From Bryobacterales bacterium (GTDB taxonomy: Bacteria; Acidobacteriota; Terriglobia; Bryobacterales; UBA6623): DNA of 64,000 nucleotides. The stretch lies in contig OZ243965.1 in the NCBI GenBank assembly GCA_965214655.1, forward strand, positions 517,716-581,715, given 5' to 3'. This document shows positions 52,470 to 61,471 of this stretch, piece by piece (the first letter of the stretch is position 1; each line of letters begins with the position of its first letter). The position numbers and the translations under genes are program-made. The notes beneath the pieces were generated by a model. It saw nothing but the letters and a program-made list of their open reading frames with translations, had not been told where the DNA came from and searched no databases.

Positions 52470-53555
52470 ATGCGCAGACTGACAGCGTTGACCGCGGCCT
52501 TGCTCCTCTCGGTTTGTCTGGGAGCGGCCGAATCCGAGACCAGGCGCTACCTGTACCTGAGCACCCCCGACGGGGCGCAGAAGCAGGGCGCCTCCGAACC
52601 CGGGATTCTGATCTTCGATATCGACAACGGCCACAAATTCGTTCGCCGCATCGACGTCCCGATCTTCAAGGAAGGGCTGCGCGGTTTCGCCGGCAACCTG
52701 AAAACCCACAGCGTCTACTATTCCTCGACGAACCGCCGCCTCGGCGCGTTCGACCTCGAAACGGAAAAGGTGGTTTGGGAGAAGACCTACGAGCAGGGCT
52801 GCGACCGTTCGTCCATCACGATGGACGGCAAGAAGCTCTACGTTCCGACCGGCTGGTGGTATTCCGGCGAGGACAGCGGCCTGTTGGTGGTCAACGCCGA
52901 GAACGGCGAGCTTATCAAGAAGATACCCGTCGGCCCTCAGGCGCACAACAGCATCGTCAGCCTCAGCGGCGAGCGCCTCTACCTCGGCACGCGCACCATG
53001 CTTTCGGTTTTCGACACCGCCGACGACCGCCTGATCCGCCAGTTCAAGGACGTGGGTGAGCGCGGCGTCTTCCCCTACACGATGGACAGCAAGGAAAAGC
53101 ACGCATACATCTGCCTGGGCAATCACGCCGGTTTCGATGTCGTCGATTTGCAGACGGGAGAGAAATTGCACCGCGTGTTCGCGTTTTTGGGCGGGGAAAA
53201 GATCCCCAACCGCACGCACGGCGCGGCGCTGACTCCCGACGAAACGGAACTGTGGATCAGCGATCAGAAGGGCCGGCGGCTGTTCATTTTCGACGCGACG
53301 AAAATGCCGCCGGAGCCCAAGGGACACGTCGAGTTGTCCGACGGCGGCCACGGCTGGGTCGCCTTCAGTCTCGACGGGCGCTACGCCTGGTCGCACACGC
53401 CCGATGTCTTCGACGTGAAGACGAAAAAGCTCGTCGCTACGCTCAGGGACGCGGAAGGGAAGCCGGTCAGCGGCTCGAAATACATCGAAGTCCACTTCCG
53501 CGACGGCAAGGTTGTCGCCATGGGCAACGAATTCGGCCTGGGCCGCCGGCCTTAG
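52470..53555 (+). CDS. Secreted YncE/YVTN-like beta-propeller protein
   Basis: Signal peptide; blade-like repeats (SSITMDGKKLYVP, HGAALTPDETELW, WVAFSLDGRYAW). Confidence 0.8.
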   Translation: MRRLTALTAALLLSVCLGAAESETRRYLYLSTPDGAQKQGASEPGILIFDIDNGHKFVRRIDVPIFKEGLRGFAGNLKTHSVYYSSTNRRLGAFDLETEKVVWEKTYEQGCDRSSITMDGKKLYVPTGWWYSGEDSGLLVVNAENGELIKKIPVGPQAHNSIVSLSGERLYLGTRTMLSVFDTADDRLIRQFKDVGERGVFPYTMDSKEKHAYICLGNHAGFDVVDLQTGEKLHRVFAFLGGEKIPNRTHGAALTPDETELWISDQKGRRLFIFDATKMPPEPKGHVELSDGGHGWVAFSLDGRYAWSHTPDVFDVKTKKLVATLRDAEGKPVSGSKYIEVHFRDGKVVAMGNEFGLGRRP

Positions 53556-53587
53556 CTTCCGCCAATTCTGCGCTGGGATTTTAACCT

Positions 53588-53605
53588 GATCACCCTGCGG
53601 TGATC
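53588..53605. terminator. Hairpin between convergent genes
   Basis: GATCACC-ctgc-GGTGATC; no clear U-tract. Confidence 0.35.
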
Positions 53606-53649
53606 TTCCGCACCTGCCGGTCCTCGCCATCGTAGATGGTCACGAAAAA

Positions 53650-53850
53650 TTAAACAGACAAATCGGAATCGCGCTGCTTCAGTTCCTTCGCTAGATTTCG
53701 CAGGACCTTGATGCCTTCTTCGCTACAGGAGCCGCCTTCCTCCCCGGGCGGATAGCGATCGGGCGCCTTGAAACAGATGATGCGCACTCGGTCAAGATCC
53801 GGATCTGCCAGTGTGCTCGATAAGAAGTCATCCCAATCCCAGCAACGCTG
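53650..53850 (-). pseudogene. 5'-truncated small gene downstream of rhs, putative immunity remnant
   Basis: WDWDDFLS...DPDLDRVR..C...YPP...CSEEG..VLR.L; position directly after the Rhs tip; no convincing own start. Confidence 0.4.
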
Positions 53851-55562
53851 GTATGGACATTGCTCCAATAGCCAATGCATTCACAGGCGTCTCGGTGTTC
53901 GCGATGATTGTCAAAGCCATGTCATGAACTTCTTCCTGGAGTTTCTCGCCCGGACCCAGATGCTCGAAGCTGCCAATTTGTTGGCCTTGCGTCCCCTCCT
54001 CGTCCCGGAGATAAATACCGCCGCCGGCGACAATGAAGCTGTTGTCGCCCCGCACCTGATTCGCGAACGGTTCATCGGGCGACACGAACCGCCCCAGGCG
54101 CGCCGAGTAGTACCTTGCGCCGAAGGAGTCGAGGCTCGATTCGGTATCCCGTTCCTTACCGGTGAACTGCTGCTTGACGGCGCTGCCCGCCGCGCTGTAG
54201 CAGTCGGCGCTGCGGCCGTTCAGCCCCGAACCGATGCGCTCCCCGAAGGGGAAGAAGTCGCGGCACTCCGCGACCGTCTGGTCTTGCTTGGTCACCGCCC
54301 GCGTCGAGCCCAGGTGATCCTCCGTGCGGTAGAACGTCCCGCCGGATCCCGCTTCAGGCGCCACGCTCGAATACTCGGCCGCCAAGCGCCCGAAGGCGTC
54401 GTACACGTACACCACCATCGTCTCGCTCGCGCCGCGGATCGTCGTCGTGCGCTTGACACGCTGCCCCAGCCCGTCGTAGGCGTACGCGCCCTGCTCCTGC
54501 AACGACGCCACGTTGTTGTCGTACGCCGTCAGCCGATTCTCCCCGTCGTAGCTCAGCGCGCCCACGCCCGCCAGCGACAGCAGGTTGCCCGCCCCGTCGT
54601 AGCTGCCCGCCGCGATGCGGTTCGTCGTTGCGCTGAAAGCGCTCGTCGCCGTCGGCGTCCCCGTCGGCAAGGTGTGCCCCCGCGTCCCCGTCACCGCCCG
54701 GTTGCCGTTATGTATCGTAATATAGCCCCGGCGCCATGCCGCGTCCGTCGGGCAGGAGTCGCTCGTCGGCGCCGTGCCGCCTTCACTGGCCAGACCCAAG
54801 CGGTTCGCCCCGTCGTAGCGGTAGCGCTGCGTCACCGTGAATCCCTCACGGCCGATCGTCTGACTCAGCACGTTGCCGTTGTTGCTCGTCGTCCCGTAGT
54901 CGAAGCTCAGCGACAGCTTGTCCGCCCGCTGCGTCCCGCTCGCCATCGTCCCCAGCCGGATCGCCGTCGGCTGCAAGCGCGCGTTGTACCCCCAACTCTC
55001 GTACAGCCCGTTGCCCAGCTTCAGCGCCTTCATCCCGTCGTGCGCCGCGTAGCTCATCTCTCCGGCATAGTCCGTCGCCCCAGGCGTGTTCTTGCCCACG
55101 GCCTTGAACCGCCCCGCCGCATCGTAATCGTAGGCCACTACCAGCCCCGACGGATACGTCTGCGTCTCGAGCGTCCCGTCCGCATTGTAAGTATAGGCGA
55201 ACGTCCGCGCCGCATCCCCGGAGGTCGTCTGCGTGCTCGCCGTCACCCGCCCAAAGGCGTCGTAACAGCCGTAGCTCGTCGTCGACACGCTCGTGCGCAC
55301 CGAGGTCAAGCGCCCCTTGTTCTTGCAATTCGTCGCCGCTCCCGCGGTCGTAGGCGTAGGTCACGTCCGGCGTCGCATTGAATCCCGTCCCCCCGCCGGA
55401 GTAAACCGTCTTCGTGATGCGGTTCAGCGCATCGTAGGTATGCGTCGCCGTCCCCCCGCGGCCGTCCGTCTCGGTCAGCACGTTGCCGGCGCCGTCGTAG
55501 GTATAGCGCACCGTCCCGCTTTCGGGGTTGGTCGCCGAGGTCAGGCGGCTCAGCGCGTCTTA
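53828..55562 (-). pseudogene. Rhs/YD-repeat protein, 3' part (after the IS)
   Basis: YD repeats and Rhs core (YRTEDHLGSTRAV, QFTGKERD, ARYYS...GRFVSPD); +1 frameshift at ~55346; DPxG motif absent. Confidence 0.88.
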
Positions 55563-57455
55563 GGGTTCGCGCAAGAATAACTTCCTAGAAGCGCCCGTAG
55601 TCTCGCAGTAGAACCCACCGGCGCCGCGACTCTCGTGATCAGCAATCAAGTCCCGTCATCTGAGGGGCGCAGCCCGTCCGAGTTGTGGCATCATTGCGGA
55701 AATGCGAACCCGCAATGGCGCCATAATGAGACCAACCCAATTCTCCGCCGACACGATCATCGCCCTGCTCCGCAACCAGACCATCGCCTCGCTGGCCGAG
55801 GTCATGGCCGCGCTCGGCGCCCGCGCCAGCAGGCGCACCGCGTTCCGCAAGCTCAAGGACATCGACGCCCGCACCAGCTACTCGCATCGCGGCGGCTACT
55901 ACACCCTCGACCAACTCGCCCACTTCGACGAGCGCGGCCTGTGGTCGTTCGCCGGCGTCCGCTTCTCCCGCGCCGGCACCTTGATCGCAACCGCCGAGTC
56001 GTTCATCAACCACGCCGAGGCCGGACACTTCGCCGACGAGTTGGACAACCTGCTCGGTGTCGGCACCCAGGACGCGCTGCGCAAGCTCGTCGATGACCGG
56101 CGGCTGACACGGCACAAGCTCGCCGGACAGTTCCTCTACTGCGCCGCCGACCGCGCGCAACAGACGCACCAGGTGCGCGCCAGACGTCTGCTGCTGGCCA
56201 CGCCCGGACTCGGGCAACCCCTGCCCGACGCCGACCTGATGCCCGAGGAGTTGCGCGCCGCCATCGTGTTGTTCGCCAGCCTGCTCGACGAGCGGCAGCG
56301 GCGGCTGTTCGCCGGCCTCGAAGCCCTCAAGTGCGGGTGGGGCGGCGACCGGCGCATCGCCCGACTGCTCGGCATCGACCCGTCGACGGTCGCCGCCGGC
56401 CGGCGGCAACTGGTCGAGCGTGACGTCGAGGTCGACCGGGTGCGGCGCGCCGGCGGCGGACGCACACCGACGGAAAAAAAACGCCGGAAGTCATCGCCTG
56501 CATCAAAACCTTGATGGACCACGAGACGGCCGGCGACCCGGTCAGCGGCCTGAAGTGGACACGCCGAACGACCGCCAAGGTCGCCGACCAACTGGGCGCG
56601 CTCGGCATCGACGTCTGCCCCCGGACGGTCGCTCGACTGCTCAAAGCGATGGGCTATTCGCTGCGCGTCAACCACAAGAAGCTCGCCGGCGCTTCCCATC
56701 CGAGGCGCGACGATCAGTTCCGGCACATCGCCGACCTGCGCGAGCGTTGCGCCGCCGACAACGTCCCGGTCATCAGCGTCGATACCAAGAAGAAGGAACT
56801 CGTCGGCGCGTTCCGAAATCCCGGCGCCAAGTGGGACCGCAGTCCCGAACAGGTCAAGGACCACGACTTCCGCTCCGATGCCGAGGGCCTCGCCGTCCCC
56901 TACGGCATCTACGACCCGCGGGCCAACGCCGGCACCGTCTTCGTCGGCCAGACCGCCGACACCCCGGCGTTCGCCGTCGACTGCATCGAGAAATGGTGGC
57001 GCACCCAAGGCTGCAAGCACTATCCCGAGGCCAACGCGCTGCAGATCCTGGCCGACGGCGGCGGCAGCAACAGTTGCACGGCGCGCGCCTGGAAATTCAA
57101 CCTGCAACACCGCCTCTGCAACCGGCACGGCTTGCGCGTGACCGTGGCCCACTACCCGCCGGCCACCTCGAAGTGGAATCCCATCGAACACCGCATGTTC
57201 TGCGAGGTCACCAAGAACTGGGCGGGCCGCCCGCTGGACAGCTACGAGACCATCCTGAAATACCTGCGCACCACACGCACCGCCACCGGACTGCGCGTGC
57301 GTGCACACCTGGTGCGAAAGACCTACAAGACCGGCGTCAAGGTCACCGATGAGGAAATGCAGGAGCTACGCATCACACCCGACAGCTCAATGCCCAAATG
57401 GAACTACACCATCGAACCCATGTAACAAAAACGGAAACTATTTTTGCGCCGGCCC
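55563..57455 (+). mobile_element. ISAzo13-family insertion sequence, copy 2 (1893 bp), inserted in rhs
   Basis: Same TIRs as copy 1; TTA on both flanks; ORFs 55702-56514 and 56511-57425. Confidence 0.93.
55702..57425 (+). CDS. ISAzo13-family transposase (orfA + orfB, probable -1 frameshift)
   Basis: As for copy 1; the -1 frame reads TPEVIACIKTLMDHETAGDP. Confidence 0.9.
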
Positions 57456-60386
57456 TTAGGCGAACGTGCGCGTCTGCCCGCCCGTGCAGACCCCGCTGCC
57501 GCTCACCGCAGCGTTCTGCCGCACTTTGGTCAGATTGTCCAGCACGTCGTACTCGTAGCAGGTGTGGACACCATTCTCCTCAACCCGCGCCAGCCGCCCC
57601 AAGCCGTCGTACGCACTCGTCCGCGCCACTCCCGCCTCGTCGGTCACCGTCACCGTGTTGTCGCTGTAGGCGGTCGTCACCTTGCCCCTGCCGCTCGCGT
57701 TCGTCCCCCACGGCGCCGGCCGGCCGTCGCCGGCGAACGCGGCCACTTCCACGACCCGCCCGTTGCGGTCGTACTTGACGCGCCGCCAGCCCATCGTCTC
57801 TTCTGACCCGCTTGCGCTCTCGTGCGGATTCGACGCCAACTCATAGCGGTTCGACCCGCTGTAGCGGTACGCCCGCCTCACCTGAATCCCGCTCGTCTCG
57901 CTGCCCGCGCTTACCTTCCCCGCGCCGTTGGTCTGCTCCAGCCACAGCCGCCCCAGGGGATCGTAGCGGCTCGCCACAGCCAGCGCGGCGTCATTGTACG
58001 TTGCCCGGTCGCGCTGCTCGTACACCCGCCGCTCTCGATCGTCGTACGCGGTCTGCGTCTTGCGCAGGTTCACTTCTTCGACATTCTCATCCTCGTCTTC
58101 TTGCAGCGCCTTCTCGCCGACCTCCGTCGGCCGCCCCAGGTCGTCGTAGTCGTAGCTCGTCGTGACCTTGTTGTCATCATCCTTGCGGCTGGTCAGCAGC
58201 CCCGATGCGCAGTCGTAGGCATAGCTCGTCGTGCGCTCTTCGGTCTCGTTGTAGGCTTCTTCCCGCTTCGTCGGGTAAAGACTCGATGCCGAGCCGTCGG
58301 GGCAGCCGGCGATCGCGTCGTAGGTCAGCTTGACCCGGTTGCCCCGCGCATCCGTCGTTTGCGTCAGGTTGCCGTGCGTGTCGTATGCATGCCGCGTCGT
58401 TGCGGTCGCGCCGCCCACGCCCCGCGTTGCCGCCGTCACGTTCCCCCGCGCGTCGTAGGTAAAGTCGGTCTTGGCCTGCAGCGCCCCGTTCGACCAGCCC
58501 GCGCGCACCTCGCTGTAGTCCGCCGGCGCCAGCAGCCGCGGCGGCGGCACGGCGCCCGTCACCGCGCCCGTCACCGCCGCCGCCGCAGGCGCCCGCCAGT
58601 AGGCGTCCGTATCGTCGAGCAGCGTGTCGGCGTTCGACGTCGCCCGCGTATAGACGTGGACCGCCGTGCGCACGGGCGTCCCCGTCGGCGCCGCGTTGGG
58701 AATGCCCCCGCTGTCGCGCCCAACCGTCACCCCGAAGTCGTACTCGGCTGCCGTCAGCAGGTTGCCGTTCTTGTCCCTGGTCATCGCCCGCGCCGCAGTT
58801 TGCGCGCCCTGCGTGCGGTACTCGGCGCGCACGTACGGGTTGCCCGGGTCGCTGGCATGGATCGCCGGCGAGTTGTAGGCCTGGTTCTTGCGCCAGTAGC
58901 GCTCCGTCTTGTCCCCGTTCGGCCGCACCGTCTTCCACACCAGCCCCGCCTTCCAGGCATCGGGGCTGCTCGCCGCCACGTACTTGTTCTCGTAAAACCA
59001 GGTCTTGGCCGCTCCGCCGTCCGGCGCCGTCACCGTGGTCACGTTGTTGACGTCGATCGCATACGTCCAGGTCTCGCTCAACTCCGTTCCCGTCAGCGGC
59101 TCGGTGTAGGTCACGACCTTCTGCGTAACCGGGTTCTCCAGCAGTATGGAAGTATACTTGTGCTGCTTGTGTTTGTAGCTGTAGCTCACGCTGCCCCCGC
59201 CCGGAAAGGCGATCTTCTGCAACTCCCCGAAGGCGGTCGCCGGGCGGTGATACTCGAAAACGTATTCCAACTGCTGCCGCCCCTCGAGTTGCGGCAGCTT
59301 GATCTTGTCGATCGTCCCCGTTCGGGGCGCGACACAGTCGTAGACCCCTTCGGCTAGGGATTCATCGCCGACGCAGGAGTACGTGCCCCCGCTCATGTCC
59401 ACCGTGCCGCGCTCGATCTCCCACTCCAACTCGCCCCTGTAGCCCGGCGCCGTGACGATCTCGTCGCCGTTGCTCAAGCGAATAATCTGGATCTCGCGGC
59501 CCAGGTCGTCCCGCAATATGGTGCAGGGGCGGCTGCTCCCCTCGTGCGTACAGTTCTCGCGCGCCACCGTGACCGTGTTGCCGTTGCGGTCCACGATCCG
59601 TTCCGTCTGATCGCGCCGGCCCTCCACCCGCCGCCCGTCGTTGAAATGGATCGTCCAGCGCCGCTGCCCCCAGTACTGCTCCGTCCCGCGGTGGATCGTC
59701 ACGTGCGCGTACGCGCCGTCGGTGGTCACGTAGCGCATGTCGCCGCTGATGTCGCTGCCCCCCGCGTAGCAGAAGTCTCGCCTGCCGTCCGGATGGTAGG
59801 CGTAGAAACCGTCGCCGTTGTCGTCCCCTACGGTGTCCTCTGCGTTGACCAGCCGCAGCAGATGCGCGCTCCCGTCCGGGAAATGCACCCGCATCTTGGT
59901 GGTGTATTTGTCGAAAACCGAGCGGCAATCGCCATCAGGGCTGGGAACCTCCATCCGCTCTTCGAACTCGAGCCCGTATTGGAACCCATAGCGCCAGCCG
60001 CCCTGGGCGGAATTCCGCAGCGTATGCCGCAACTCGTAGACGGTTTCGGTGTCGGGATACTGACCCGCGTCCACCAATTCCGAGTCCACGTCCCAGATCT
60101 GCGAGTTGTACAGCAACTCGAGGGTGAACGCCGAACCGCCCCGCCCGGGCGGCAGCGAGGCCAAGGGGATGCGCAGCAGCACGTTGCCGTTGACCGTGTT
60201 GATCGTCTCCACATCGCTGACCAGGAACCCGCCCCCGGGACGCCAGCCGCGGCCGCCTTTGCCCCGTTCGCCCGCCGGCGGCGTAGGCTGCGCCCACAAG
60301 CCCGCCGCCGCGATCAGCGCGCAGCCCGCCGCCAACGCCGCACGGCGCCCAAACATTACTCTTCGCCAAGCCATCCGCCAAGTCAT
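57456..60386 (-). pseudogene. Rhs/YD-repeat protein, 5' part, with Sec-type signal peptide
   Basis: Signal peptide ending AAAGLWAQ; VETINTVNGNVLLRIPL; many YD/YG repeats; ends at TAA at the IS boundary where the reading frame continues beyond the IS. Confidence 0.88.
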
Positions 60387-60390
60387 GCCT

Positions 60391-61152
60391 TCAGTCCCCC
60401 GCGCGGAACACGCCGTCGTCCTTGTCAGCAGTCAACATCACCGAATCGACAAAAAACGAAAGCAGCGCGCGCCCCTTCACCGTGCGCACGATGGCCAGCG
60501 GCAGATACTCTCCGGCGAACTCCCGCCACTGCCCCATCAGCGTCTCCACCTCCCCGTCCCGGCCCCGGTAGCGCACCCGCGCCGGCAGTCCCGTCGCCGA
60601 ATCGAAATAAAACAGCTTGACGCGATCCGCGGCCCCCAGCCGCCCGCGCCAGCGCAACTCGTAAATATCGCGCCAAGGCCCCGCATAGTCCGGCCCCGCC
60701 CCGTCGTCGGCGCGGAAGCGCCTGCCGAGCAGCCGCAGCACGTCGCCGCGATCCACGGCAGCGAAAAACGCCTCCATCGAATCGTCGAGCAGCGATTCCG
60801 CCGCCGCCGCTTGCTGCGCGCTCAGCGCGCCTCCCGCGCTGCTCTCCCGCGCCCCGTCGAAGGCCAGAACCCGCCCTGCAAAGGCTACCCGGAAGCGCCC
60901 CCGGATGTCGCGAATCAGACTCACCGACCGGGACCTCTCGTCGGCGTCGGTCAACCGTCCGACGATGGTCACCCGCTCCTTGCCCTTGCGCGCGAAGCGG
61001 TCTCCCTGGGCCTGGAGTTCCGCGCGCAGGTTCGGCGGCACGCGCAGCGTCCGCCACCCCTGCGCCGGCATCCGCAGCGGCACCGCGCCCGCCGCCCCAA
61101 CGACCGCCCCGACGCTCCACAGCCACTTTCTCCTGGTCCAAACTGCCGTCAT
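60391..61152 (-). CDS. Exported hypothetical protein (Tat-like RRKWL), possible LolA-like fold, directly upstream of rhs
   Basis: GGAGG SD; twin-arginine-like N-terminus; FYFDSATGLPARVRY...ETLMGQW beta-rich pattern; 4-bp gap to rhs. Confidence 0.55.
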   Translation of the reverse strand: MTAVWTRRKWLWSVGAVVGAAGAVPLRMPAQGWRTLRVPPNLRAELQAQGDRFARKGKERVTIVGRLTDADERSRSVSLIRDIRGRFRVAFAGRVLAFDGARESSAGGALSAQQAAAAESLLDDSMEAFFAAVDRGDVLRLLGRRFRADDGAGPDYAGPWRDIYELRWRGRLGAADRVKLFYFDSATGLPARVRYRGRDGEVETLMGQWREFAGEYLPLAIVRTVKGRALLSFFVDSVMLTADKDDGVFRAGD

Positions 61153-61162
61153 GCCGCTCCTC

Positions 61163-61471
61163 CTATCCCTTGCCTCGTTCCCTTGCCTCGTTCCGCTTCC
61201 ATGCGCGCGCTTGCCGTCGCTGGGGCCTCGCCGCCGGCGAGAAGTCGGCGCGGAAGGCGATCTGTCCGGCCACGCCGGTCGCCCCGCTGACCGCCGCCCG
61301 GTCGCGCTCGGCGGTCAGCGGCGTGCGCGCATCGTTGCCCGCGCCTCCGGACGAAGCGCCCGCGCCGAGGGCCGGGGCGGGGAAAGTCACCGCCGACGCG
61401 CCGCTATGGGATCCGTCGGCGACAGCCGCGCGCCCGGCGGAGGTCAGTCGGAGATTGTTCGTCGCGGGCAT
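61163..61471 (-). pseudogene. Phage tail-collar-fibre-like N-terminal fragment
   Basis: ATG overlaps the NHL gene stop (TAATG). LRLTSAGRAAVADG...ALGAG...TPLTAERDR resembles the LTNAGRA...GxG...L..E.xR start of tail-fibre genes (from memory, not searched). Confidence 0.4.
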
